A DNA stretch of 64,000 nucleotides, taken from Sphagnum compactum. Lineage: Eukaryota. Positions 39,401 through 51,755 of the stretch are shown piece after piece. Every line of letters begins with the position of its first letter. Positions within the stretch are counted from its first letter, which is position 1. Under the pieces are notes generated by a model. The model saw only the letters and a program-made list of their open reading frames with translations, was not told the origin of the DNA and did no database searches. The stretch spans positions 21,132,213 through 21,196,212 of the forward strand of contig OZ234493.1 of NCBI GenBank assembly GCA_965153455.1, in the 5' to 3' direction. Both the position numbers and the translations under genes were made by a program.

Positions 39401-40773
39401 CTATGTTTCAAAAATGAATAAGAAATAAGCTCTTTATTATGAAAATCCACCCAACCACAAGATAAACTTACATGTGCTATGTCTCCTACCAAGCTTAAAA
39501 TAGTTTTAGAGGTCTACCTCTCTAGACAATCATGTCCTTTCAAAGACTTTTAATGTCTCTATGACTTGGCAATGCATCTTGTAATCTCTAGACCTTAAAC
39601 CCTAAACCCAACTATTCTAATTATTGGTTAACTCTAGGGACATTTCCTACAAGATAAATGTTTGGCTTTTTTGTTTGGGTGTGACCAAAGCCATTAACCC
39701 TCCCAAATTGTGAGGGCCCCTACTCTTCTGCTTTTCGTACCATCAGAAAGCCCTCAACAAACAAACAAACAAACAAAGAGGGAAGTGTGCACATTTTTGT
39801 CATCTTGCAATTTTCTACCCAATGAAACAAAAGTTATTGAATTTAAAATGATATTCATCTCTAAAAAAAGCAATTAATTTTTAAAAAAAAAATGAGTTTT
39901 TCATGTAAGAGCTCTGAAAGTAAATCCAATTCCAAAACAGTGTTGGGATGAGTGATCTTACAAGAGGTTTAATATACTTGTGCTATCAGCAAAAGGACCC
40001 TCAAGTCCTATTGAAAAACCCCCCTTGAATCCCCTTTGATTTCCTTTGGAGTTTAAGTTTTAAGGCTTAGGTTGGGGGGGGCTAAAAACCATCACCCAAG
40101 TACATAGGTACTTAAGGGAAATCTTCAGGCCACAAAAATTCTTACATACATGATTCATGAAATCACCCTGTCATCCCATCATTGGTAAGTAGTGTTCAAG
40201 AGAGTGCATTAAATTCAGGCATGCCAGGCCCTTGCTTGAAAGAAAGAAAGAAAGAAAGAGTTGTCAAGAACAACAAGCCAAGCCAACCAAAAACAAAAAA
40301 AAGTATTGTCAACTTGTTGCAAAATTAATTAAAGGGTGTCAGCTCCCATGTCTTTAAACCCTAACTGCACACTCCAGAGTTGATGATGCCACAGAAGTGT
40401 GTAACAGAAGCATGAGCATCCAAGACACTCCAACTGCTCCTCCTCCTCATTTCCAAAAGAAAAAACTCACTCACTCACTCACCACCCTTCAATTGCACCC
40501 CAATAAACCCAAGTAAGTAGTGGTCCTGCCAAAATCATTCGAGTATGATTCCCTGTCACTTAACCTTATGTGACAATTCTCCCTCACAATTGTAAGTAAG
40601 AAGAAATAAGGGTCTCTCGCATGATGGCTATGGTCTTCATGACAAGTTGAACAAAATCATGAGAAATGATGAAATCATTTAACATGTTTTTAGGTCATTT
40701 TGAGTGCAAGATGTATTTACTTAAAAGGGAATGCACCTTAGAGAACACAGCACACAAGTCTCCAGTTGTCAAT

Positions 40774-41030
40774 CACACATTGGTTCCCAGATCAAACAAC
40801 AAATTTTACCGAAAATTATGTCTTCTTCATCTGTCACTCACATTGGTTCCAAGTTCAATCAAGCACAAAACTTGAAGTTTACCGTAAATTAGGTCTTCTT
40901 CATCTGTCACTCACACATTGGTTCCAAGTTCAATCAAGCACAAAAGTTGAAGTTTACCAATAAATTAGGTATTCTTCATCTGTCACTCACACATTGGTTC
41001 CAAGTTCAATCAAGCACAAAAATTTAAGTT
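40774..41030. repeat. ~75-bp tandem repeat, ~3.3 copies
   Basis: The CATTGGTTCC anchor occurs at 40778, 40841, 40916 and 40992. The unit continues AAGTTCAATCAAGCACAAAA...TCTTCATCTGTCACTCA. Confidence 0.9.
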
Positions 41031-42409
41031 GAAGATTCTTCACACTGATGCTAAATCTTTTTCCCTTGGGTGGTGAACCTGTAGCGAAACTGGTACCATG
41101 TTTAAAAAACCCTAAACCCTAAACCCAAATTTTTTTTTCCTTTCTTCTAAACATTGTAAGCATCCTCTGTACTTGGACTAAATCAGGATCTTTGGGTCCA
41201 AATTTCACAGTTCTGGAGAATCCCAGTGTTGGGAGGTCTCTCTTTTTGGAACCTGGAACCAGCAGACTAAGGATTAAGAGCCTTAGGATCTGCGAAAAAC
41301 CAAAGAACCAATTTTGATCCTTGACCCAAATGCTCAAAAATCCATAGTCTGTTTGTTGCAGTAACCAATATTTGTTGCACATCCAACCTTTGACAGGCCA
41401 TTTTGGGCAAGTTTTCAGGTCCCATGGGGAAAAACAATGTAACTTGGCTGCCATGTAAAGCCTCCTCAAAACACATATGTGCTAGAAGACTTGGTGCATA
41501 TTATCCTCACTACTACTTCCATGGATGGCAGTTAAGATCTCATTTTGCTCACTAAAATACAAAAAAATCCAACACTTGATAACTCCCTAGTGTTTGTTTG
41601 CCTATCAAGATATGCATATCAATGTTCCTGTTGGAAGAAAATGTGTGTGTGATATGCCAAGTTTAATACAGTACCCAATACTAGGACCCAGCTGGTAAGC
41701 ACAAGAGTCGATACCAAATCAACACTGGTGCAAAGTGCAAAGTGCAAACCTCTCATGCAGTTTACTAATGAATAAGAACAAGTGTTTTTATAAGGCACCA
41801 ATACCAGGACTCAGCTTGTATGTTTCAAAGTCAATATCAAATCAACACAACCCATGTAAACCTTTTGTCCAGTTTACAGGTGAATAGTAATAAGAAGAGC
41901 ATTTCAAAGTCTTGATATACACCTGAGGGAGAAAAAGCCAAAAAAAAAGAACCAAACAAGGAAGGATCATCAAAGATGAGAGAAAGACTACTGAGGACTT
42001 TTGGAAGTATGTATGTACAGTGTTTGAGGACAACGTCTGCTTTTTGGGAAGCTCAGAAGCCCTGTGCCCTACACACCCCAGATTAAGAAGCCATTGCAGC
42101 AATATTCTTTTAGAAAACATGATTTGAGAGCTTGGAAACCAAACAGAAATCCTTGTCTGAAAGAGTAGCCTTCAGAAAGATTAATCAAGCTCACCATTTG
42201 AGCTTTCAAAAATTCTGATGAGCTAAGAAGCCTTCAGAACCAATGAAACTCTTTCACTATTGATGAGTCCAAATTTTTCAGAATCAGAATGTGAGGAGAA
42301 TACCTGAAATCTCAAAAAGACCAGAGAAACCTTGAAGGTTTTCTAAGCCTTCTCAATCTTCGGTATCTTCTTTCAATGGGCAGAAAAACACATAAGAAGA
42401 ATCACACCC

Positions 42410-43220
42410 ACAAATCGATGCCCATTGTTGTGCACTCAAAACCAAACTTAAACAATGGCAACAGAAATTGCAATATGGAAAAGAGATAGCACCTCTCCTT
42501 AGAGCACACAGGAGTCAAAAACTGAAGAGAAAATTCTCACTGCATAAACGGTGAAAATCAGAGAAAGTACCCGTGCAAGAACCCCAATTCCTGATGCACA
42601 CTCAAATTCAAAACTCAACAAAGGCAACAATACACTTCTCGATACAGCACAAAAGTGAAGAGGAGAAAATTCTCTAACTGCAGAAACAGTAGCAACAGCG
42701 AAAGGAAATGTGTAAGAACCCCAATACCTGTTGAGCATGCAAAAATCAAACACAAGAAAGGTGACAGAACTTGCAACATTGAAAGACATAATGATTGCCT
42801 CCTTACAGCATCATGCAAGTGGCAAAAACAGAAGAGAAAATTCTCTCACTGCAGAAGGAGCAGAGCAACAGGCAAAAGTAATGTGCAAGAACACCGATTC
42901 CCATTGAGCATGCACAATCAAACTCAAGAACTTGCACATCAGCTTGCAGCATTGAAAGGGATGAAGCAAAGCACAAAAACAGAAGACTGGAAAAATTCTC
43001 AGTGCAGACGTAATAGCAACAGAGAAAGCAATGTGCAAGGAGAACCCCAATTCCTATTGTGCATATGCAAAATCCAACTCAACAAAGTCGACAGAACTTG
43101 ACAACACCTCTCCCTCTCTCCTGTAGCACAACATAAGCAACAAAAAAACTGAGGACCAGAAAATTCATTCAAGGCAGAAAGAATAGCAAAAGAGAATGTA
43201 TATGTGCAAGAATCTGCAAG
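42410..43220. repeat. Degenerate tandem repeat, ~5 units of 135-170 bp
   Basis: A GAAAATTCTC..TGCA...GTGCAAGAACCCCAATTCCT...CAAACTCAA-like motif recurs at ~42529, 42665, 42836, 42991 and 43159. Confidence 0.7.
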
Positions 43221-43947
43221 ATTAAAGTGGATTGATGGACACTATTTTTCTCCAGTCTTGCTGTAATTCTGTGCAAGGGAAAATGCAGCTAAACAATCTC
43301 CAGAGCTTCGTGATCAAGGAAGATGAACAATCTACCAGCGAGGAAGTTGTCTCATTGCCCGATTTGTTTTGCTGTAATCTGCTAGTGTTACAAGGTCTAG
43401 AATGTGTGCTCATTGTTCACATTGTGTGCTGCTCCAGGACGCTACTCTCTATTTTCTGTCTTAACTAAATCTAAAGCATGATGATCTAATAGTAGTACTC
43501 TCTGCTATTAAACTTGTTGCACACAGAACTGTGTTTCCTAAGAAAATCATGTTGGAGAGAGAGAGAGACAGACAGACAGACATGAGACATGAGCCGGTGA
43601 TTGAAGCTTTCTGTCAAAACCATCCACATGAACAACAGCAGCAGCAGTCTTGGACCTCATCTTCAACATTTCAAAGCAAGAGCTACCTCCGCCAGAAAAG
43701 TGCCACAAAAGCTGCTCTTAGTGAAGAGGAGAGAGATGTACAGATATACAGACAGAGGAAGAGACATCATTGTCTACTAAGACATCGCTGTTGGCAGCTT
43801 GCTTGTGATCTCAAACTCTCGTAGAGTTTCAATGGAGCGAAACCAAAGAGAGAAAGAAAGAGACAGAGACAGACTCTCGAGACTGTTCGCTTCTTCTGAG
43901 ATCTTGCAAACACGTTTGGACAAAATGCGCATCGGATTCGGATTTCG

Positions 43948-45783
43948 TCAACGAACTGCTGCAGCGGCAGATGATGATGATCCGAAGCGTTGCGATCTGC
44001 GTGCCAAAGATTCGTACTTGGCGGTCGTTTGCGACTCTTTGCAGTGGGCAATAGCACCTTGAATCGCGCTGTGCAGTTCGGCGATGGAACCACTGCTCAA
44101 CGGCCGGCCGCTACCGCGTCGCGTCGGTGTGCCGACAGCAGATCTCGAGCGAGGACTACCAACAACATCAGCGGTAACGGAGGCAAATCTGGAGCTCTGG
44201 GAAGAATACGAGGACGAGAAGCTTCTGTTGCCGGGTGCGATGTGATTCCGAGAATGTCTTCGATTTTCATGTGCCAAAGATGACGACGGCAGACTGAAGC
44301 TCCCTGTGAATCGGCACGAGGATTCGTCGTCAAGCTCCTGTTGCTCGTACTTCTTCAAGTGTAGCGGCTTCAGCATCTTCATGTACTTGTGCAGATACTC
44401 GCGCGCCTTCGCCATCCCTCTTTGGTGGTCTCCTCTTTCTATATCACCACTGGTAACAAGACCTGTTGAAGAAGAAGAAGGCGTCGTCGTTTCCATGTAA
44501 GAAGAATAAGAAGAAGATCCAGTCGGCAACGACAACTCTCCTCCGCAGTTGTCTTCTTGACAGAAGTTTGTCTCTTCACTGCATTTGGCGTCTTCAATCG
44601 GATCGGAGCAACTGCTCTCTTCTTCTTCTTCTCCTTCTTCTTCTTCAGAGACATGGCTTAGAGACTGCTGGTGCTGCCGCTGCTGACCACCTTTCAGATC
44701 CCGCGAAGGACTCGACCTCGTCGTCGCAGTGACTTTCTTGGCTGCTCCAAACAATACCTTCCACTTGAAAGGGGGTTTGAGCCAGCTAGAGATGGTCGAA
44801 GAAGAAGAAGAAGAAGACCGTTGTTGTTGTTGTTCAAAAGATCGGACGTGCGTACCAAAAACTTCCCGATTGTGCAGAAAGCTGCCTTTGAGATCACTCG
44901 AGATCGGCGGCATCTGAAAGGCTTTGTTGCAGTTGCCGCCGCCGCTACTGTCGGAGAAGTTCGCATCCTGCGAGCTTCCGCTTGAATCCCGGGAGCTGCT
45001 ACTGTCCCTTGCGGAAGTCGAATCCCTGCAACTGTCCGTGGAAGAAGAAGAAGAGTCCCTACCTCTGGGAGGATCCGACCAACTGTGGCCTCGAAATCTG
45101 CCAATCCCAGCAGCGTCGGTCACCACTGCGGTTCCATCCGAGGATAGCAAGTCCGCATTGTGCATCCAGAGCTTGGTAAACTTCGGGTGGAAGCTGGGAC
45201 GAAGAACTCTAGTGGCCTGAGGTGCTTGCAGTACCGGAACTATCTGGCTAGTGTTGACGCTCTCCAGCTGCTGCGGCTTCTTCTCTGACGACGACGCGAG
45301 TCTCTGGACCATTCGAAGACGAGGAGGAAGATGAAGAGGCAGAAGCTGTCCTTTGAAGAAGAGTTCATCAGCTGAAGACATACCGGAGGAAGGAGCTTCC
45401 CGCTCTGTTGATGAAGAGGCCGCTGCCGACATGCTGAACTCGAACTCTTGAAAGCCGTCGTCATTATTCTCGTCCTCATCGCAAGTTTGCCGCCTATGAT
45501 CCGTCGTCATCGTCGTCGTCGTCGCCACCGTGCACATATCCACCTTCACAGGCGGCCGCAGCAGCAATAGCTCCTTGTCGACATCGAATTGACGCTCCCC
45601 ACGCTGTGAAGAATGCTTGCTGCAAACAACACTAGTATTTCCGACGAGCGGCCATAGAAAGGACAGAGGAGTTTGCTCCCAGTCGTCGTCAACATACTCT
45701 CCTCCTGCTGCTGCAACACCTCCTTCAGGCCTCCGAGGTTTGATTCCCGTCAAGTCGCGAAAACTCCAGTCCGGTTCTCCCAT
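43948..45783 (-). CDS. MAKR: Membrane-associated kinase regulator (MAKR/BKI1 family)-like protein, 611 aa, single coding exon
   Basis: Long uninterrupted ORF with first ATG at 45783. Family motifs: EFEFSM, SSADELFFKGQLLPLHLPPRLRMVQRL, LHKYMKMLKPL, and C-terminal SIAELHSAIQGAIAHCKES. Ser-rich, disordered composition. Confidence 0.88.
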   Translation of the reverse strand: MGEPDWSFRDLTGIKPRRPEGGVAAAGGEYVDDDWEQTPLSFLWPLVGNTSVVCSKHSSQRGERQFDVDKELLLLRPPVKVDMCTVATTTTMTTDHRRQTCDEDENNDDGFQEFEFSMSAAASSSTEREAPSSGMSSADELFFKGQLLPLHLPPRLRMVQRLASSSEKKPQQLESVNTSQIVPVLQAPQATRVLRPSFHPKFTKLWMHNADLLSSDGTAVVTDAAGIGRFRGHSWSDPPRGRDSSSSSTDSCRDSTSARDSSSSRDSSGSSQDANFSDSSGGGNCNKAFQMPPISSDLKGSFLHNREVFGTHVRSFEQQQQRSSSSSSSTISSWLKPPFKWKVLFGAAKKVTATTRSSPSRDLKGGQQRQHQQSLSHVSEEEEGEEEEESSCSDPIEDAKCSEETNFCQEDNCGGELSLPTGSSSYSSYMETTTPSSSSTGLVTSGDIERGDHQRGMAKAREYLHKYMKMLKPLHLKKYEQQELDDESSCRFTGSFSLPSSSLAHENRRHSRNHIAPGNRSFSSSYSSQSSRFASVTADVVGSPRSRSAVGTPTRRGSGRPLSSGSIAELHSAIQGAIAHCKESQTTAKYESLARRSQRFGSSSSAAAAVR

Positions 45784-47249
45784 CACCTTCTTCTTCACGA
45801 AGAGTTCAACGCCTGTTTCTTGTTCCTCTTTCTTTCGCAACTTCTCAAGTCTTCTTCACCCGGTTCCACTCTTTTCCCATCTGCAAAGCTGCGGTCTCTC
45901 TCGAACATGCTCGAGTCCCAGCTAACAAAAGCTCGTGTGCTGACATACTTCCGCGTTTTGTCTCCGCCTCTCCACTTCGCTCACCAGGCTTTTCTCTCAG
46001 TGTTGCACACTCTTGTCATAATACCTTTTTGGCAGCATTGCGTCCAGCGATAAAAGTGCGGAGCAAAACGACAAAACCCTGTCCCCTGACTGACTGGGGC
46101 GGGGTAAGGGACCACAAGAGACAAATGCGCGAGGTTTTCTTTTGTTCCCGTCAAATGGCAGGCAGAAAAACGAGCGAGCAAAATAAACAATGGAAGACTT
46201 GGTGATGGCGCGTCGAGTGACCGACCGCAGTGCCGGTCAGGAGATCGTGGACAAGCCATGGACTTCTGGAGATCTGTCGCAACGATCTCTCGTCATAAAT
46301 GTAGTCCAAACCACCAACAACGGACTTATCGAGGCACGGGGAAAGGCCATTTTTCACAGCAAGAACAGCACCTCATGCACCTTCGAAAGATGAAGAGGAA
46401 GGAGAAGGGGTTGATATCTTCCGAAGGCGGCCGTATAGAACAATATCTATACTAGGGACATGCTCTCCACCAGCACCTCCAATGCTGCTGCGACTCACGG
46501 CGAGACACAAATGTCGCTGCATGCATGCCGCTGCTCACGGTGAGAAAGCGGATCTGTCGAATTATGCTCAAGCAGACGAGGATGCTCGGGACTTAGCAGG
46601 AACTGTTCCAGTACAGAGAAAGTTCTTCTTCCACCTGGTTGTCCAACCAATCGAGACGAAAACTAGAGCTGCACTCTGCTGACTCTCTAAACGACCTCCT
46701 CTCTCCCAGACTGCAAGGTAATGAAATCAATCACATAGCACGCACAACCACACCAACACGCAGAGCAAAACAATCTCACACAAGAGCCGAAATCGTACCA
46801 ATCAACTACATATATATATATATTCTTAAGAAAACAGTCGCGAAGACACAAACTATACTGAAAACGAGCAGAGAGTCAACGAACTGAACACACACCAAAA
46901 AAAAAAAAAAAAAAAAAAGTCAGAAAAAAAGCATCACAAAATTCTTGTTGCTCAAAACAACAATACGTACCACGCACATAAACGATACGACAATCCACCC
47001 GCCCCGCCCGCCCGCCAAACCGCCCGACAATCCGCCGCAACCTGATCTGATCGATGCAAAATTTCAACGGCTGCTGCTGCTGCTGCAAAGATCTCGATCT
47101 CTTTGCTGCTGCAACTTGTGGCGGAAAGATCTCGCTCAAGCTGACGCCCGAGGTACACAACGCACTCACTGCTGCTCACTGCCGCTGCAAGAACTCCTGC
47201 ACTAGTGATCAATGAGAGAGAGAGAGAGAGAGAGCGCGCGAGAGAGAGC

Positions 47250-47345
47250 GTACGTGAGAGGGGGCTACGTACGTGACAAGGAGATACAGATACGTACGTA
47301 CGTAAAAGAGGGACGGGGATACGTACGTGACAAGGAGATACGTAC
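47250..47345. promoter_or_regulatory. ACGT-core cluster in the presumed MAKR promoter
   Basis: Nine ACGT cores in ~95 bp, including an exact 22-bp duplication TACGTACGTGACAAGGAGATAC (47266, 47320). Adjacent to a (GA)n/CGCG tract at 47213-47249. Confidence 0.45.
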
Positions 47346-48580
47346 ATTCCACAGACGGAACAGAAAATAACTCTTTTTGTACTTTCATTCTCATGTGTAT
47401 TAAGTACGAAGGACGGAGAATGGGGCTGTTTTGGGAATGAGAGTGTGCAATTGTCAGTGCGGTGGATGATAAATACATACCAGGGTTTCTTTTAAGGATT
47501 TTGTGATGTAGTCAACATGGCTATTTATCATCGGAAAAATAATTTAGCCAAATTCTGTTACATACTAGATACGAAAGTAGAAATAAATAAATAAATAAAT
47601 AAATAAAAATCGTTCTATATTCTTGGCTACCTACTGGAAATTATTACAAAAATCTGGCAGTTTGGATTTTTTAAATTTTTTATTTCCTTTAAAATCTGGT
47701 GAATCTGGGCCATTTTTTTCATGAAAAATCCTTTCAATGTTATGGAATCATATTTTTTGTAGCGAACATTTGCCGGAAAGAAACACGGGTGGTGTACCAG
47801 TGGTTTCTATATAGGAATTTTAGTTTGTAGCCAAAGTGGCGGCGATCATACATATTAAAAAAAAAAGGGTGGCTTTCATGCTTGAGGAATATTTAGCCAA
47901 ATCATGCTAGAAACCAAATATGAAGTTACAAATCTTGAGTCATATTTTTTATATTTTTGGCTACACAAAATAAAAACCAAGTAAAAAAAAATCTGGCAAT
48001 AATTTTTACTAAGTTTTTTTTTCCCTCATTAATTTGACCATTGGAAACCTCCAATATCAATCAATTTAAGAATTAAGGGCTGGTTGGGTGCTGAGTGCGG
48101 GACATGAATGAATGAATTCTCTCGCAATTGTCCTGTTAAGGTCCTTCCTTACACCCGGGGCACAAAGGAAAGATCTGGTAGAATTTAAACGGGCTGCAAA
48201 TTTGATTGAGTGAGAAGGAGAGGAGGGAGCTTTGTGAGTACTCCTCCCTTGTGGCAGAAAATTTAGGTCATTACCTGACATTAAAGATTTGGTAGAATTT
48301 TTAAGGACTAGTGGAGGAAGGAAGGAAGGAGCCTTACACATAAGTTGACATCCTCTCTCTCTCTTGTGGCAGAAATTTTAGTAGCACGAGAACACCAAAT
48401 TCCCAGAATCGCCCCCTTTAAGGTCCTTACCCGGCATAAAGTTCTGGTAGAATTTTAAGCCGATGTGAATTTGCTTGAGGATAACTAGAGGAGGAACCTT
48501 AATGCGGAAGTTGACATCGTGTCCTGCGATAGGAAATTTTATTGTGATTACTAAGTCGCCCTCCACATACCTACATTTTG

Positions 48581-48868
48581 AAATAATAATTCTACCACTT
48601 CTTTCAAATGAATCAAATATTTGGGCTCCAATTGAAGTCAGGTGATTAGGGGGGCAAGAACGGCCAGTTTCAGCATAATAGGGCATCAAACGTGTAACTA
48701 ACTGGGAATGAAATTTTGCAAAATTTAAAAATAATAATTCTACCACTTCTTTATGAATCAAATATTTGGGCTCCAATTTAAGTCAGGTGATTAGAGGGGC
48801 AAGAACGGCCAGTTGCAGCATAATAGGGCATCATATGTGTAACTAACTGGGAATGAAATTTTGCAAAA
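48581..48868. repeat. 2 x ~145-bp tandem duplication
   Basis: AAATAATAATTCTACCACTTCTTT...GGGAATGAAATTTTGCAAAA occurs at 48581 and 48729 with few mismatches. Confidence 0.92.
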
Positions 48869-49235
48869 CGAAATAACTGGGACCCAAACTAGTTTTTTTC
48901 CGCCAATTTTGTTGGTAATCTGAGTTTTTCATCCCCTCTTTCCTTTTTCCTGAGCGCCTCTACTGTTGCTAAGCATGTTTTCACTCCTCGACTACTATAA
49001 TTACTCTCGAACCTTGTGCATGAAATGCTGAGTTTCAGTATTTCATCATACTGAGCTTTAATAAAAAATTTCTTACTTCAAGGAAACCACTAAAAAGAGG
49101 GGATAGGCTCTGAAAGAGAGGGTGACTTTACCGATAACTTCATAAGGTGGGAAAAATCAGAGTGGTTTTGTCTGCCCTTCTCTTGTGTGTAAGTAAAGGG
49201 TTTGGACATATAGTGAAAATATGGGGGGTTTGGAC

Positions 49236-49675
49236 AAGTATTGGTCAGTTATTGTTTTTTTTTAAAAATTTGCTGCTTAGGTTTCTTTGTTTTCGAATTT
49301 TTTTTGGGATCACAAAGGTTATTACCATCAAATACCCAAAAAAAATTGGGTGTATGGTAGGTTATCAAATAATTAGTTAGAAATTGTTGGTTATCTTGTC
49401 AGTTATAGATCGGTTATAGGGTTTTTAAAAAATAAAAATAAAAATGTTATTTTTCGTGTTATTTATTTTTCATTTAGTATTTAAAAGATTGACAACCCAT
49501 GTGGATTGAGACTTGGGTAATCCAAGTAGGTTATTAGATTTTGAAAAACTCAATATTAAACAATCATTAATTTAATCGATTATCCAAAAATTAAGAACCA
49601 ATTGGTAGGTTATTAATAATTGACTGGATATTCAAGTTGATAACCAGGTCAAAATTCAATAACCGCCCAACACTC
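49236..49675. mobile_element. ~440-bp hAT-like MITE
   Basis: TIRs AGTATTGGTCAGTTATTG / CAATAACCGCCCAACACT match 15/18. A flanking direct 8-mer TTTGGACA lies at 49229-49236 and 49677-49684. Interior rich in GGTTAT repeats. Confidence 0.75.
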
Positions 49676-51075
49676 ATTTGGACATGTAGAAGTATGCACA
49701 ATAAAATGGCAAGAGTTTAACAGACTCTTGGTGGAATTTTTTATGTCATTGGAAGTGCAAAACAGAGAGTTACAAATGTTTTTTCAACCTCAAAAAGCAA
49801 AGCAAAAAAGCAAAAAACGCAAGACAAGAAAGAATGATATTTTGTTTCAAATTTTGTCTCTAGACCTCATTACTCTAGAGACATTTCTCACTCATTTTGA
49901 ACAAAAAGCTTGTTTTTTTTGGGCCAAAAGAAAAATTAAAAAAAATTAGTCAGTTTTACTATCAAAACCACATTTCTCGTAAATCTTCCCAATTTTTGTG
50001 AGAGAAATCGACAAAATTTGTGGAAAAAAAAATCTGACTAAACCCACTGACTGTGTTATTGCAAGGAGAGAAACTTCTTGAGTGTGATCCTTCTCCCATT
50101 GTCACTTGTGAGATCTGTTCGTTGCTTGCCATGATAGTTTGGATATTTGAGTTGTGCTAAATTGGCGTTTTGCTCTTCAGAATTTGGGCACTTTCCATCT
50201 GTTGCTCGCTGTGTAGGTAGTTTGCATATTGAGTTTTCTCTAGGCATTTGCTATTCTAGTTTTGGCACTTTGGTATTGGGTACTGGCATAAATATTGACT
50301 TTGGGTAATCAGCCTCTTCATAATAGGAACTCGGTAGTTTAATAATATTGACTTCATTTTGGGGATGGGGGTGGGGGGCTGCTTTTCTATCCCAAAATTT
50401 GGCACTTGGTAATTAGTTGCATAAATATATTTGACTCTTTAATAATCAGCATTTTGCTATTTGAAATCCTAGGTATTATTGCTATCAAGGGTTTTTTTTC
50501 AATTTTTCAACATCCAAATTTTGGCAATTAATTTTTTTTTTTACTAAAATCAGTAGAACTTACACAATTTCCAAAATTTTCTTAATTTTGTTGTTCAAAG
50601 AACAACAAAATTGGTTGGAAAAAACACATATCCTTATACATTTTTAAACACGTATCCTTACACTTCTCTTTTTTTTTTTTTGGGGGCCCCCCCCTCCAAC
50701 TTTTGAGCTTTTTAGGGTTCTTGAATATTTCAACTTTTGGTTGAGCTTTTTGGACCTTCTTTTCACCTTGGATTCTGTGTAGTACCCACCGGTCACCGTC
50801 CACTGGATGGATGCCGGTTATGACTCTGGTTCTGACTCAGTCGTGGATGAACCTCAACTGAGTTAAAAGAAGCAACTTGTGCTAACCACCATGGTTACCT
50901 AGGGAACTGGAACCCAACAGAGAATTGTTGCCTGACCACTTCTCATCCATCCTTCACAGTGCACTACTTGGTGGGTGCTGACTCACTCACTACATTAGGG
51001 TTATGTAAGGTGGTGATGCAATGGCATGTTCTACTACACTCTAGAACTTGTCCCAACACAATAAAACTTTGTTGT

Positions 51076-51755
51076 TGCCCTTGCCTACTACCAAGGCAAG
51101 AAGGATATTGTGTTGAGATTCATTAGAGAGTATAGTAGCTTAAGGGATTTTGGCCCCCCTAGGTAATAATAATAATAATAATCATAGGTCTATTTTTTTT
51201 TATATGAGGATTTTTTTTTTGAAAGATGATAATTTTGGCTTGTGTTGAAACTTGAGATTAGTTAGAGAGTTATAATAATATCTTGAAGGATTTTGGTTTC
51301 TTTTAGGTTTCCCTAAACCCAGAGAACCTCAAAAGAGTCATATGAATTAGACATAAACTAGTAACAAATATTAATGGGTTGTCAATATTCACACATATAT
51401 TAGAGATATTTTGTAAAGTGAAGAGAACATAGTATTAATATCCTGAGTTTTGTCATTAAAGAAATGAGACTTAAAAAAAAACAGTAAAAAAAAAATTCGG
51501 GAGTGAAGATAGGATGAAAAATGCATTACATTGAATTTTGTGCTAATCTGGGTTTTTTCACTCTCTTTTGGCCTTGCCTACCAAGGCAAGGATATTGTGT
51601 TTAGATTCATTATCGAGTATAGTAGCTTAAGGGATTTTTATAGGCCCCTAGGTAATAATAATAATAGGTCTATTTTTGATATGAGGATTATTGAAAGTTG
51701 ATATTTTGGCTTGTGTTGAAAACTTGAGATTAGTTACAGAGTTATAATATCTTGA
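51076..51755 (+). mobile_element. Two direct copies (51076-51285, 51568-51755) of the dispersed repeat also found at 18068-18296
   Basis: Both begin CCTTGCCTAC(TAC)CAAGGCAAG and end ATAATATCTTGAAG.ATTTTGGTTTCTTT. Confidence 0.82.

Noticed and set aside
48378..48776. 132-aa ORF
   Set aside because: It overlaps tandem duplications, starts at TTG and has no motif or splice support.
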